DNA from: a virus
Length of the DNA stretch: 56,668 bases
Virus record (IMG/VR): IMGVR_UViG_3300028831_000281
Location: 1 to 56,668 of that record
Direction: 5' to 3' (one strand)
This document shows positions 26,198-35,027 of the stretch, in pieces. The position numbers were made by a program, and so were the translations under genes. Each line of letters starts with the position of its first letter. Position 1 is the stretch's first letter. Under the pieces are notes generated by a model. It did not search any database. It saw nothing but the letters and a program-made list of their open reading frames with translations, and had not been told where the DNA came from.

Positions 26198-26534
26198 CAC
26201 TGTAGGCGCCTGGCTGGTCGGTGCTGTGGCCACTGGCGGCCTGGGCAAGTATCTGGTTGACCTGGCCATTGCCCGCTGGAAGGGCAAGAAGGAAGGCGCC
26301 GAGGGCGCGGCCATCCTGGTGAGTTCGGCGTCCCAGTATGCCCGCCAGCTTCAGGAGGATGCGCACGCCGCCCGCGCTGAGACCGCTACGCTGCGCCGCG
26401 AGTTCGAAGCCTACCGGCGCGACCAGCAGCGGCTGTTTCGCCGACACGAGCTGTGGGATGGCCGAGTGTGGCAGAAGCTGCGCGAACTGGGCGAGGAGAT
26501 CGACGCTCCCCCGCCGCTGTATTCCGATGCCTGA
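26184..26534 (+). CDS. membrane-anchored coiled-coil protein (lysis-associated candidate)
   Basis: ORF track. N-terminal TM (VGAWLVGAVATGGLG) followed by a charged helical region. Confidence 0.55.
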   Translation: MPPLDTVGAWLVGAVATGGLGKYLVDLAIARWKGKKEGAEGAAILVSSASQYARQLQEDAHAARAETATLRREFEAYRRDQQRLFRRHELWDGRVWQKLRELGEEIDAPPPLYSDA

Positions 26535-26553
26535 TGGAGGAGAGGACAGAAAC

Positions 26554-26949
26554 ATGACACAGCCGACCGATGCCCCCAGCGTGTTCGCCAAGTACCGCAA
26601 GGCGGTCGCCGTGGTGGTGGTGACCGTGGCGTCCTTTGTGGTCACCGTGCTCACTGATGGCATCACCCCGCAGGAGTGGGTCCTGATCGCCGGGGTGGGC
26701 GTGAACGCCGCCGGGGTGGCCGTGGTGCCCAACCTGGACGCCGGGATCGGCACGGTCGCCAAGACCGTGGTCTCGGCCCTGCTGGCCGGGCTGACCCTGC
26801 TGGCCACCGCCGTGCTCGGCGGCCTGACCCCCACCGAGGTGATCGAGGTCCTGCTCGCCTGCGCGGCTGCGGTGGGCGTGACGGCGCTGCCGAACGACTG
26901 GCCGCCGGCCCGGCAGATTCCGCCGGCTGGCGGGCGCGTAGCTGCCTGA
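26554..26949 (+). CDS. holin-like membrane protein
   Basis: Internal ATG of ORF 26338..26949 after GGAGGAGAGGA. 131 aa with 3-4 TM helices. Confidence 0.5.
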   Translation: MTQPTDAPSVFAKYRKAVAVVVVTVASFVVTVLTDGITPQEWVLIAGVGVNAAGVAVVPNLDAGIGTVAKTVVSALLAGLTLLATAVLGGLTPTEVIEVLLACAAAVGVTALPNDWPPARQIPPAGGRVAA

Positions 26950-26993
26950 GTGCGCTACCCTGGCCCGCGAGGGTATCGGGCCTTCGGTTCCAT

Positions 26994-27030
26994 CGCAGGG
27001 CCCCCGGAACGTGATTCCGGGGGCCCTGCG
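26994..27030. terminator. bidirectional GC-rich hairpin
   Basis: 16-bp stem (core cagggcccccggaa / ttccgggggccctg), 5-nt loop, between convergent genes ending at 26949 (+) and 27043 (-). Confidence 0.75.
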
Positions 27031-27042
27031 TGGTGTCTGGGT

Positions 27043-27528
27043 TCATTCGCCGTAGTGGGCCATCTCCCATTCGCGGGTGCCCCAGTGGTTCTCCCCGACC
27101 GGGTCCATGCACAGGTTCAGGCTCATGCCGTGGTGGCACACCGGGTAGAGCACCTTGGCCAGCTCCGGGAAGGCTTCCCCGGAGAAGGGCGCCAGGTGGG
27201 ATTCGCTGATCGTGTGGGTGGAGCGGCGGGCGGCGATGTAGGCCAGGGCCCACCGCTGCGCGTCGGGGCCCTCGAACGTCACCGTGTAGCTGGCCGGGGT
27301 GTAGTCGCAGCCGAACACGTGGAGGGTGATCGTGTCGGTGCTCTCGGCCGGCGCCGGCATGCGGCGGGCCTGGATGTCCTGCTCGAGCAGCTCGAGCGCG
27401 CTGGCGCAGGTGCCGTCGCAGTAGCTGATGGCGCCGGGGTCGCACTGTCCGTCGCAGGCGGGGCCGATCTCCGGAATCCATGCGCATTCGCAGCCGCCGT
27501 GGCCCTGGCACCAGTACGTGGGGAGCAT
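27043..27528 (-). CDS. hypothetical Cys-rich protein
   Basis: Internal ATG (MLPTYWCQGHGGCECAW..) of ORF 27043..27675 after a cassette. 161 aa. Confidence 0.65.
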   Translation of the reverse strand: MLPTYWCQGHGGCECAWIPEIGPACDGQCDPGAISYCDGTCASALELLEQDIQARRMPAPAESTDTITLHVFGCDYTPASYTVTFEGPDAQRWALAYIAARRSTHTISESHLAPFSGEAFPELAKVLYPVCHHGMSLNLCMDPVGENHWGTREWEMAHYGE

Positions 27529-27605
27529 TTCGGGGGTCCTTCCCTGCGGGGGGTTGTTCCTGGCCTGACAAGAAGGACAGTACACCCCCCACGTACCGGG
27601 GTCAA
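27529..27605 (-). promoter_or_regulatory. promoter + conserved leader cassette
   Basis: -35 TTGACC (27605-27600), 17-nt spacer, -10 TACTGT (27582-27577), CAGGAACAACC, GGAAGGACCC, ATG 27528. Confidence 0.7.
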
Positions 27606-27614
27606 GCGGTGGGC

Positions 27615-27890
27615 TTACCCGGCTTCCGAGACACTGCGGAACGGCGGCACGTAGCCCTCCGGGGGGTCCACCCACACGAAATCATCCGAGGTCGCCGGCT
27701 CCCCGTTCACCAGGGGCATCTGGGAGTTCCACGACTCCACGACGTAGCCCATCAGCCGCTCGCCGGTCTCCTGGTTCGTCTCGTACTGCTCGGCACACGA
27801 GGCGTTCACCTCCGGGTGATCCACCACCACCGCCTGCCAAATGTTCATGTCGTCGCAGGGCTCGAGCCAGCGGTACGTCTGTTCAGCCAC
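27615..27890 (-). CDS. hypothetical protein
   Basis: ORF track. GTG start preceded by GGAGGAGG. 91 aa, acidic. Confidence 0.65.
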   Translation of the reverse strand: MAEQTYRWLEPCDDMNIWQAVVVDHPEVNASCAEQYETNQETGERLMGYVVESWNSQMPLVNGEPATSDDFVWVDPPEGYVPPFRSVSEAG

Positions 27891-28077
27891 AGGGTTCCTC
27901 CTCCGGTTTCGGGTGACCGCCCAGGATGGCCTGGGCGGTCTTGATCTCGTGCTTCACCCCGGCCAGCGCTGTGTACAGCTCGCGGCTGGTGTGCTCCCGG
28001 TCGGCCACCGCCAGCACCGCGCGGGCGCGGGCCAGCGCGTGACCGATCTCGGTCAGGTCGGCCAGGACCCCGCTCAC
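27883..28077 (-). CDS. hypothetical protein
   Basis: GTG inside ORF 27883..28230 overlapping the upstream stop (GTGA). 64 aa. Confidence 0.5.
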   Translation of the reverse strand: MSGVLADLTEIGHALARARAVLAVADREHTSRELYTALAGVKHEIKTAQAILGGHPKPEEEPCG

Positions 28078-28433
28078 GGCTGCTCGGCCAGGCGCCGCTG
28101 GAGTTCCTCCGGGGTCATGCCGGCCGCGCGTGCCGCCTGTTCGATGCTCACCGTGCCGGTCGGGTCCGGCTCCGGCTGGGACAGCTTGCGCCACGCCGAG
28201 CAGGGCCAGGTCTCGCCGTCCTGGCCGCACACGTCGTCCTGGCCTTCCAGGCTTCGGATGAAGTGCGCCTGGCCGTCCACCATGTTGCCGAACGACTCGG
28301 CGGTGGTGAGGTGGCTGGGCGGTCGGTCGAGCACGACGGGCGCCGCCGGCTGGAACGCGGGCGGTAGTCCGGTGGGGTCCTGGTCGGGGGTCCGCTGCTG
28401 GGGTTCGCGCTCCGGGGGAATCGGGGGGGTCAT
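28074..28433 (-). CDS. hypothetical protein with HTH-like C-terminus
   Basis: ORF track. GAGAGGAAG SD. C-terminal VSIEQAARAAGMTPEELQRRL looks like a MerR/excisionase-type HTH. Confidence 0.6.
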   Translation of the reverse strand: MTPPIPPEREPQQRTPDQDPTGLPPAFQPAAPVVLDRPPSHLTTAESFGNMVDGQAHFIRSLEGQDDVCGQDGETWPCSAWRKLSQPEPDPTGTVSIEQAARAAGMTPEELQRRLAEQP

Positions 28434-28435
28434 GG

Positions 28436-29188
28436 TTACTTCCTCTCGTACTTCACGCCCTTGTAGGTGACAGTCTTGCGGATCGCGCTGGTGACCACCG
28501 ACGCCGTGGCATCGTCGCCGGACCGGGACAGCTCCGCAGCGTAGGCCCTGACCTTGCTGACCTGGGGCTCGAACTTCCCCAGTTCCAGCAGGGCGACCAG
28601 GGCGGCGGCCAGGGTCTGCTCCGGGGTGCGCTCGCCCTGCTGGTCATCAGACAGGGTGGCGGCGATCACCGCCGCCACGAGCTGATCCACGTCGATGTCA
28701 TAGCTGTTGGCATTGTCCAGCGACAGCACCACGTCCCCAGCGGGGTCCGGGATGCGCAGCCCCTGGTTCGGCCTGCCGGTGCCGCTGTAGACCGGCAGGC
28801 CACTGTTGCCCGTCTCGCTCACCACCCGGGTCTGCTCGCCGACCGCGTCGATGAGCTGTTCTTCCACGAGCTGCGACACGTACCGGCGCAGGTCGTAGAA
28901 CACGCCGCTGTACGCCTTAAGGGCGTCGGTGGCGGCTGCCAGGGCGCGCTGGATGTCGTAGGTGTCCTCCGGTAGCCGCGCCTCCCCACGGATCGCCAGG
29001 GCCGCCTGGTAGGCCGTCTCGAGCTGTTCGCGCAGGGACCACTTGAGCGCGTTCGGGTCGGGCAGGTTCGCGGTGAGGTGGTGCAGTGGCCGCAGGGTGG
29101 CGGACAGGGCTCGCGGTATCCACTCGGCGGCGGGCGGCTGCTCGGCCGGCTGGATCTCGTTTGGCTGCGGTTCGGGCTGTTCGGTCAT
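28436..29188 (-). CDS. hypothetical protein
   Basis: Internal ATG (MTEQPEPQP..) of ORF 28436..29317 with AGGAAGGA SD. 250 aa. Confidence 0.65.
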   Translation of the reverse strand: MTEQPEPQPNEIQPAEQPPAAEWIPRALSATLRPLHHLTANLPDPNALKWSLREQLETAYQAALAIRGEARLPEDTYDIQRALAAATDALKAYSGVFYDLRRYVSQLVEEQLIDAVGEQTRVVSETGNSGLPVYSGTGRPNQGLRIPDPAGDVVLSLDNANSYDIDVDQLVAAVIAATLSDDQQGERTPEQTLAAALVALLELGKFEPQVSKVRAYAAELSRSGDDATASVVTSAIRKTVTYKGVKYERK

Positions 29189-29472
29189 GCGTTGAGTTCC
29201 TTCCTGATCTGATCTCCGATCCGGTCCAAGAGTCGCGCGACCTCCCCGATCGGCTCGGCGTGCTGCGGGTTGTCGGCGGCCAGCTCGGCGGTGGCGTCCG
29301 CCACGTCGGCCAGACATTCGGCCTTGATGTACGGCGCGGCGGCCAGCAGCACCAGCAGCACGGCCGCGTCCGCGTCGTCGGCGGACAGCACGCCGGCCGC
29401 CACCATGGCGTTCAACGGCTTGCGTCCGGCGGTGAAGCCGGGCACCTGGGCCAGCCCGTCCGGTTCGGTCAC
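29185..29472 (-). CDS. hypothetical protein
   Basis: GTG inside ORF 29185..29595 overlapping the upstream stop (GTGA). 95 aa. Confidence 0.55.
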   Translation of the reverse strand: MTEPDGLAQVPGFTAGRKPLNAMVAAGVLSADDADAAVLLVLLAAAPYIKAECLADVADATAELAADNPQHAEPIGEVARLLDRIGDQIRKELNA

Positions 29473-29693
29473 GTGGCCTGCTCGGCGAGGTGATCGCGCA
29501 GCGTGTGAAGGTACCCGGCGATCTCGTGCTCCAGGTCGGCCGCGCCCTGCTGCTGGGCGACGGCCTGGATGCGCTCGGCGCACTGAACCCACCACGCCAC
29601 GCTGGAGTCCGGACTCCGGCTGTCCAGGTCTTCGTTCGCCTTGCGCTGCCCCTCGAGGTAGAGCGGGTGCGCCTGGTCGATGAACGCGCTCAT
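29469..29693 (-). CDS. hypothetical protein
   Basis: Internal ATG (MSAFIDQ..) of ORF 29469..29762 with ATGA overlap. 74 aa. Confidence 0.6.
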   Translation of the reverse strand: MSAFIDQAHPLYLEGQRKANEDLDSRSPDSSVAWWVQCAERIQAVAQQQGAADLEHEIAGYLHTLRDHLAEQAT

Positions 29694-29974
29694 GCCGCGT
29701 ATTCCAGGGTGACGGGGTGGGTGCAACTGGCGCCCGCGCGGAACAGGGCTTGTTCGGTACACCCGGCGCAGGACTCCACCACCCGGCCGTCGCCGTCCAC
29801 GGTGGCTCCGTAGGCGTTCACCTCAATCACGTTTCCTTCCGTCTGGCAGTACAGGCAGGGCTCGCCGATGCAGGCCCAGGTGACGGCTGCGGGGTGGGTG
29901 ACCGGGGTCAGGATGAGGTCGAACTTGGCAACCAGGCTGGCGGGCAGCTTCACACCGTTGGGGAGGGTGAGCAT
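29690..29974 (-). CDS. hypothetical Cys-rich protein
   Basis: ORF track. 94 aa with CxxC pairs (CLYC, CAGC). Confidence 0.6.
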   Translation of the reverse strand: MLTLPNGVKLPASLVAKFDLILTPVTHPAAVTWACIGEPCLYCQTEGNVIEVNAYGATVDGDGRVVESCAGCTEQALFRAGASCTHPVTLEYAA

Positions 29975-29975
29975 G

Positions 29976-30251
29976 TCAGGCCGCCATGACCTTGACGATG
30001 CCGTTGGCGGTCACCGATTCGGTGGTCCAGCTGCGGGCGTCGAAGTCGAACATGAGGAACGACACGGCGCCGCTGCCGCGCTGGCTGCGCATCTTGTGGT
30101 CCACCTCTCCGATCGGGGTGTGCAGTTCCGGGTCGATGAGGATCATGCCCGCCCGCAGCGCGCTGCCCTTGATCTCCACGTAGGGGAGGGCGGCGAAGGT
30201 GTCCAGGTCGCTGCGGACCTCGCTGGCCTTGTTGACGTAGGCGGTGGTCAT
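29976..30251 (-). CDS. hypothetical protein
   Basis: Internal ATG (MTTAYVNK..) of ORF 29976..30410 after a cassette. 91 aa. Confidence 0.65.
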   Translation of the reverse strand: MTTAYVNKASEVRSDLDTFAALPYVEIKGSALRAGMILIDPELHTPIGEVDHKMRSQRGSGAVSFLMFDFDARSWTTESVTANGIVKVMAA

Positions 30252-30317
30252 CGGGTCCTCCGGTAGTTGCCGTTCCCTGACAACAACCACCATACACCCC
30301 CTATGTCCGGGGGTCAA
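30252..30317 (-). promoter_or_regulatory. promoter + conserved leader cassette
   Basis: -35 TTGACC (30317-30312, overlapping the ssb stop), 17-nt spacer, -10 TATGGT (30294-30289), CAGGGAACGGC, CGGAGGACCC, ATG 30251. Confidence 0.65.
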
Positions 30318-30829
30318 ACGATGAACGGCTCCGGACGCGCGAAGAAAGGAGGGGGGTCGTTCGACGGCCACGAGCCGCCACCTCCGGCTGACGCCGGCTG
30401 CTGGCCCCACGGGTCGGCCGGCGCGCTTCCGGTAGGCCCGTCTGAACGGACCTGCCCGTCCGACCGCTGCGCCCTCTTGACCTGCGCCGTGGCGTAGCGC
30501 AGCGACGGGCCGATCTCGTCCACGTCCAGCTCGATCACCGAGCGCTTGTCACCCTCGCGGGTCTCGAAGGACCGTTGCTTGAGCCGGCCCGACACGATCA
30601 CGCGGGTGCCCTTGGGCAGCGACTCGGCGACGTTCTCGGCCATCTGCCGCCAGCAGTTACAGCGCAGGAACAGTGCTTCCCCGTCCTTCCATTCCCCGCT
30701 CGCCTTGTCGAACGTGCGGGGTGTGGACGCCACGGTGAAGCTGGCCACCGCCGCTCCCGAGGATGTGTACCTGAGTTCTGGATCTTGTACGAGGTTACCG
30801 ATGATCACGATGTTAGTCTCTCCGGCCAT
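30314..30829 (-). CDS. ssb: single-stranded DNA-binding protein
   Basis: OB-fold SSB signature ([26 protein letters not shown]..., [15 protein letters not shown]), Gly-rich tail and NDPPPFF acidic-tip-like motif. Confidence 0.9.
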   Translation of the reverse strand: MAGETNIVIIGNLVQDPELRYTSSGAAVASFTVASTPRTFDKASGEWKDGEALFLRCNCWRQMAENVAESLPKGTRVIVSGRLKQRSFETREGDKRSVIELDVDEIGPSLRYATAQVKRAQRSDGQVRSDGPTGSAPADPWGQQPASAGGGGSWPSNDPPPFFARPEPFIV

Positions 30830-31277
30830 TTCCTTTACGTCTCCTGTCTCGTTCTCGTTCGCACGATCGACACTTCCGGATTCGGCTACCCGCCCGAATC
30901 TGGAACCTGGTGTTCTCGTCCGAGTATTCGTGACCGTATGGGCAGTGGGTCTTCCTCTGGTTTGCGTTGTGGCTGGCGCGGTAATTGTCCCCCGGGCTCT
31001 TCTGTATCAGGTGATCAGGCCGTACGCACAGCCTGTGCACGCACCCGCGCCCGCCCGAGCAAGAGAAATCCCTATTATGGCATTCGTGGTCTATATGTTG
31101 GCCCGGAAGTAATTCGCCCACGCAATCCTGATATGCGAATCGGTGAGCTAGCACCAAAGTGCCCTTTGTGGGATGGAATCCTCCATATCCGGCGCTAGTT
31201 TTCCCGGCCGTCCATAGCCAGCAGCCGGCATCGCTACGGATTACCTTCTCCCAGAACCTATCCCGGGCGGACCTCAT
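30813..31277 (-). CDS. HNH homing-type endonuclease
   Basis: [16 protein letters not shown].., HIDHECHNR.., CVRPDHL motifs. Gene lies in a ~55% GC patch. 3' end overlaps the ssb start by 17 nt. Confidence 0.85.
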   Translation of the reverse strand: MRSARDRFWEKVIRSDAGCWLWTAGKTSAGYGGFHPTKGTLVLAHRFAYQDCVGELLPGQHIDHECHNRDFSCSGGRGCVHRLCVRPDHLIQKSPGDNYRASHNANQRKTHCPYGHEYSDENTRFQIRAGSRIRKCRSCERERDRRRKGNGRRD

Positions 31278-31305
31278 GCCGGAACTGTAGCACTACCCTT
31301 CCGGC

Positions 31306-31497
31306 TCACCGGCCACGGTTGTACCTCCGTTTTCTCTGGATGGGTCCGCCCGCCCTCCGCCAGCGCAACCCCCTAACGATCTTGCTCACTTCGCTCTGGG
31401 AGATCCCGAAATCGGCGGCCAGGTTGCGCTCATTGGCGCCCGCCTTCCGACGCTCCCGCAGCTCGCGGGCCTGCTCATCAGTCAGCTTGCGGCTCAC
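31306..31497 (-). CDS. helix-turn-helix DNA-binding protein
   Basis: GTG inside ORF 31306..32148 with GTGA overlap. 63 aa. NERNLAADFGISQSEVSKIVRG is HTH-like. Confidence 0.6.
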   Translation of the reverse strand: MSRKLTDEQARELRERRKAGANERNLAADFGISQSEVSKIVRGLRWRRAGGPIQRKRRYNRGR

Positions 31498-32105
31498 CAG
31501 GCACGCCCCGAACGGTCGTGCTGGCCCGGCGCCCCACCGCCCTGGTAGGCCACCGCCACACTCTTGGCCACCGACTGGTAGCCCGACAGCACCGCGCGCA
31601 GGTTGTGCATGGTGGCCTGCACCGCCTTGCGCAGCATCACCGCGTCCGCCTTCTCCCGGGTGGTGCCGTCCTCCTCGCAGGCCACCATGCCGGCCGCCTT
31701 GCGCTTGATCTCCGAGGAGGCCGAGGTTTCGGCGATGGCCCGCCAGTAGGTGCGGTTCCAGGCATCCAGGGCGCGTTCCTCGCGCAGGATGCACTCCCGC
31801 TCGAACAGCGCGCCGGTCTCCAGCCGAGCGAGCACGTCCAGGATGTGGCGCTCCACCTCGTCGGGCGTGTAGATCTTGGTGGCGTCGATCAGCCCCAGCG
31901 CGGACTGGATCGGATCGCGGGCCGTGTACTCCAGCTCGCCGGCCGGCTCCGGACGCACCGCCGCATACCCGCAGCCGCAGATCACGGTGGCCTGCTCCGG
32001 AAGGTAGCGGGCCTGTTCGACATGCGGACAGGTGTGTCCGTCGTGTTCGAGGATCTTTGCGCACCAGGCGCGCAGGGCCTGGTAGTTGTCCGGTTCGGTC
32101 ATCAC
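31494..32105 (-). CDS. hypothetical protein
   Basis: ORF track (GTG-ATG start overlapping the erf stop). 203 aa. Confidence 0.65.
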   Translation of the reverse strand: MMTEPDNYQALRAWCAKILEHDGHTCPHVEQARYLPEQATVICGCGYAAVRPEPAGELEYTARDPIQSALGLIDATKIYTPDEVERHILDVLARLETGALFERECILREERALDAWNRTYWRAIAETSASSEIKRKAAGMVACEEDGTTREKADAVMLRKAVQATMHNLRAVLSGYQSVAKSVAVAYQGGGAPGQHDRSGRAW

Positions 32106-33757
32106 ATGCTCGGCGGGTAGTCATCGGGCGCGGGCGGCATCGGTGCATCCGTCCAGGGGTTGCGCTCCCCGGTGAGCATCGCGGCCTGCTCCGGTGCGGT
32201 CAGGGTGCGCGAGATCGCTATGGCGTGCGCGGCCAGCGTGGCATCCTCCACCACCACGGTGGCCAGGCCAGTTTCGGTGATCTTGTTCAGGATGCGGGCC
32301 AGCTCGGCAGGTCGCTTGTCCGGCGGCTGCCGGTCGATCGCTCGCAGGGCGGCCAGCGCACCCCGGGCCATCTCGTCCTGGCTCGGCGGGCGGTTGGCCG
32401 GCGGCTGCGCGGGCGGGGCCTGGGACGGCTGCTGGGACGGCTGGGGCGGGTGTTCGGTGCTCACCGTGGGCGCCTCCCCGTCCGACTCGTCCAGGCCCTC
32501 CACCGGGATCATCAGCGCCTGGAACAGGCCGTACTTGAGCGCCATAGACATCGCCTTGCTGGTGGACTTGTCGCTGGCATCGCGACCCTCCCCGGCGCCC
32601 TGGAAGCTGTGCCGGCTGCCGTCCGTGGGATCAACGAACGTGTACCGCACCACCAGGCGGGTGGTGGACCACACCACCGTTCGGGTCTCGCCCCGGCTGT
32701 TGGTCTTGGTCACCGGATTCTCGTCGTGCTCGGTACTGAGCACTTCGGTCTCCAGGGTCAACCCGACCGCGCGCATCGCGTGGCCGACCGCATCCATCGC
32801 CGCATCGATGCCCCGGAACTTGAACCGGCCACCCTCGCCCGCATTGGCTTCCTTGTCCTTGCCGATGGCGGTCACCGCGCGCATCAGCTCCAGCACCTTG
32901 GCGTGGACGCCGCCCACTGCCGGCTCCGGATACCGGCCCTCGTACGGACTGGCCTTCGGGGCGGGTCGGTTGTCCAGCTCGTGCTTGATCATCTCCTGAA
33001 GGCGTAGCTCCACATCCCCCTCCGCCATGGCTAGCCAGCCCGGCGAGTCGGAGCGCCTCTCGATCTCGGCGGCCACGCGCTCGGCGAGGCCCTTCTCCAG
33101 TGCGTCCAGCCGGGCTGACACGTCAACCGCAACCTCGAACTGCTTGCCGGCCGTGCTGAGTTCCTCCAGGTCGTTGACCCGTTCCTGAAGGTTGTTCTCA
33201 CCCTGGAGAAGCTGGTCGGCCAGCTCCACGCTTTCGGTCAATACCTCTAGCCGCTGATCGATCCTGCCGATGGAGCTTTCCAGGCCCATGGTCACCTGGG
33301 CGACCGCGTCCGCGCGCTGCCCGTCGATCACCTCGAGCGCCTGCACCCGATCCACCAGGGCGGCCATGTTGGTGTTGGCGCTCTCGATGATCGGCCGCAT
33401 GGCGGTGTGTACCAGCGCGGTGACCTGGTCGCTGAGCGCGTCCTCCTCCAGCATGATCGCCGCACCGCTCGGTTCGGCCTTCTCCAGCCGGCGCAGGATG
33501 CCCTTCTGGAAGCCGTCGATCTCCTCCCGCATCGCGGCCATGCCCTCATCCAGCCGGGTCTGCAACGCCGGGGTGGTGGGTAGGGCCTTGCTGATCCGGG
33601 CCTGGATGGTTACGAGCTGTTCGGTGACGCCCTCCAGGCCATCCCGGACGGCCTGCGCCACCCGGAGGGCGTGGTCGGCCACCTGCCGCGCCGTCTGGCC
33701 GGCTGGCTTGTCCGGCGCGGCTGTGGCGGCCTGGGCTTCATCGGGCGTTTCGGTCAT
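32102..33757 (-). CDS. erf: ERF-family single-strand annealing recombinase with long N-terminal coiled-coil extension
   Basis: Core FKFRGIDAAMDAV..VVRYTFVD..GEGRDASDKSTSKAMSMALKYGLFQALMIP matches the ERF pattern. It is preceded by ~240 aa of heptad-like sequence. Confidence 0.8.
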   Translation of the reverse strand: MTETPDEAQAATAAPDKPAGQTARQVADHALRVAQAVRDGLEGVTEQLVTIQARISKALPTTPALQTRLDEGMAAMREEIDGFQKGILRRLEKAEPSGAAIMLEEDALSDQVTALVHTAMRPIIESANTNMAALVDRVQALEVIDGQRADAVAQVTMGLESSIGRIDQRLEVLTESVELADQLLQGENNLQERVNDLEELSTAGKQFEVAVDVSARLDALEKGLAERVAAEIERRSDSPGWLAMAEGDVELRLQEMIKHELDNRPAPKASPYEGRYPEPAVGGVHAKVLELMRAVTAIGKDKEANAGEGGRFKFRGIDAAMDAVGHAMRAVGLTLETEVLSTEHDENPVTKTNSRGETRTVVWSTTRLVVRYTFVDPTDGSRHSFQGAGEGRDASDKSTSKAMSMALKYGLFQALMIPVEGLDESDGEAPTVSTEHPPQPSQQPSQAPPAQPPANRPPSQDEMARGALAALRAIDRQPPDKRPAELARILNKITETGLATVVVEDATLAAHAIAISRTLTAPEQAAMLTGERNPWTDAPMPPAPDDYPPSM

Positions 33758-33771
33758 CGAGTGTTCTCCTC

Positions 33772-34188
33772 CTAGGGTTTTCCGGTGCGGGCGAAGTGTT
33801 CGAGGCCCTCATCCAGCGCCCGGGTGACGTTCATCCCGTTGGCTTCGAGCCGGGCCAGGGCGTTGCGGTAGGTGGCCGCTGCCATGGTGAAGCGCAGCGG
33901 CTTGGTGGGCTGCCGGCCGCCGAACTGCCGGCGGTTGCGGGCGTTGAGCGGGATGCCGGTGCGGGTTTCGAGGTCACCGGAGGGCTTCACCCGGTTGGGT
34001 GCGCCGCGCTTGGGTGGCTCCCATTCGGCGAGGATGGTCCGGCCGATGTCGGCCAGCCTGGTCCGCACCACGCCGTAGGTCTCCCGCTCGGCCTTGTTGA
34101 TCAGTTCGAGGCGCGCTCGCGCTGCCTCGAGGATCGGTTCTTGGATATCCACGTCAACGTTGTGGACATGCACGTCACTCTGGGTCAC
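33772..34188 (-). CDS. hypothetical protein, possible ribbon-helix-helix C-terminus
   Basis: ORF track (GTG, GAAAGGGGGG SD). First gene of the leftward operon. C-terminus LRFTMAAATYRNALARLEANGMNVTRALDEGL. Confidence 0.65.
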   Translation of the reverse strand: MTQSDVHVHNVDVDIQEPILEAARARLELINKAERETYGVVRTRLADIGRTILAEWEPPKRGAPNRVKPSGDLETRTGIPLNARNRRQFGGRQPTKPLRFTMAAATYRNALARLEANGMNVTRALDEGLEHFARTGKP

Positions 34189-34246
34189 TTACCCCCCTTT
34201 CCGTGTAGGGTTGATCTATAGTAACCCACACTACCGGGGGGGTCAA
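34189..34246 (-). promoter_or_regulatory. leftward operon promoter (truncated cassette: promoter half only)
   Basis: -35 TTGACC (34246-34241), 17-nt spacer, -10 TACTAT (34223-34218), short leader to GTG 34188. Confidence 0.65.
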
Positions 34247-34259
34247 CGGAAGGGGACAG

Positions 34260-34637
34260 GTGATGTCACGTCTGAGTGATCAACGCATGCCGCTGTGGGA
34301 GCGCTGCGGCGGGCGGTGCGAGGCGTCCGGCCAGCCGATCACCTTCGACAGCTTCGACATGCACCATCGTCGTAATCTGGGCATGGGCGGAACCAGCCGG
34401 ACCGACGCGCACGACCTGGATAACCTCCTGGCCCTCTCGCCCGTTATCCACAACGGCAGTCCACAGGCTGTGCACAGCCGACGACCGTGGGCACAGGAGC
34501 GCGGCTACCTGGTGCCCAAGCACGACAACCACCCCGGCATGCGGCCGGTCTGGTTGCACGGCCGGCGCTGGGTGCTGCTCGGCAAGGACGGCCAGTACCA
34601 CGACCCGCCCATTCCGCTGCCGCCACCGCGCGGCTGA
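34260..34637 (+). CDS. HNH endonuclease
   Basis: ORF track. CGGRCEASG .. DMHHRRNLGMGG .. NLLALSPVIHN (HNH core). Confidence 0.8.
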   Translation: MMSRLSDQRMPLWERCGGRCEASGQPITFDSFDMHHRRNLGMGGTSRTDAHDLDNLLALSPVIHNGSPQAVHSRRPWAQERGYLVPKHDNHPGMRPVWLHGRRWVLLGKDGQYHDPPIPLPPPRG

Positions 34638-34660
34638 TTCGTGAAACCGGAGACCCGATC

Positions 34661-35005
34661 ATGAACCTGGCCTACTTCCTGGCCCACCCGCAGTTCCTGG
34701 CCGTGCAGCTAGCCGGCGGCTTGATGCTGCTGCGCAGCGTCTACCAGGCCGGCCCGGTCGGCCACCGGCCGCCACCGCCCCGCTGGGTGCAGGTCATCGC
34801 CGGCCAGCGCGGGCAGGGCAACACACCCAAGCCGTGGGTTCTGCTGATCGCCGGCCAGGCCGTGCTGCTCGCCTACATGGCCCTGACTGGCCAGGTGGGG
34901 TTCCTGCTGTGGAATTTCGGCATGATCTGGATCGGTGCCGGCCACCTGCGCCGGGTGCTCGCCGAGCGCGCCGCCGACTCCCGCAGCACCCCGTCCGGGG
35001 TGTAG
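34661..35005 (+). CDS. membrane protein
   Basis: Internal ATG of ORF 34487..35005. 114 aa with three hydrophobic helices. Confidence 0.6.
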   Translation: MNLAYFLAHPQFLAVQLAGGLMLLRSVYQAGPVGHRPPPPRWVQVIAGQRGQGNTPKPWVLLIAGQAVLLAYMALTGQVGFLLWNFGMIWIGAGHLRRVLAERAADSRSTPSGV

Positions 35006-35027
35006 GGTCTGCGATCAAGAAATAAAT

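Noticed and set aside
34991-35008. The partial cassette box ccggggtgtagggt at the end of 34661..35005, considered as a promoter.
   Set aside because: No TTGAC-like -35 sits at the required 17-18 nt distance, and a terminator hairpin follows immediately. It is likely a remnant.
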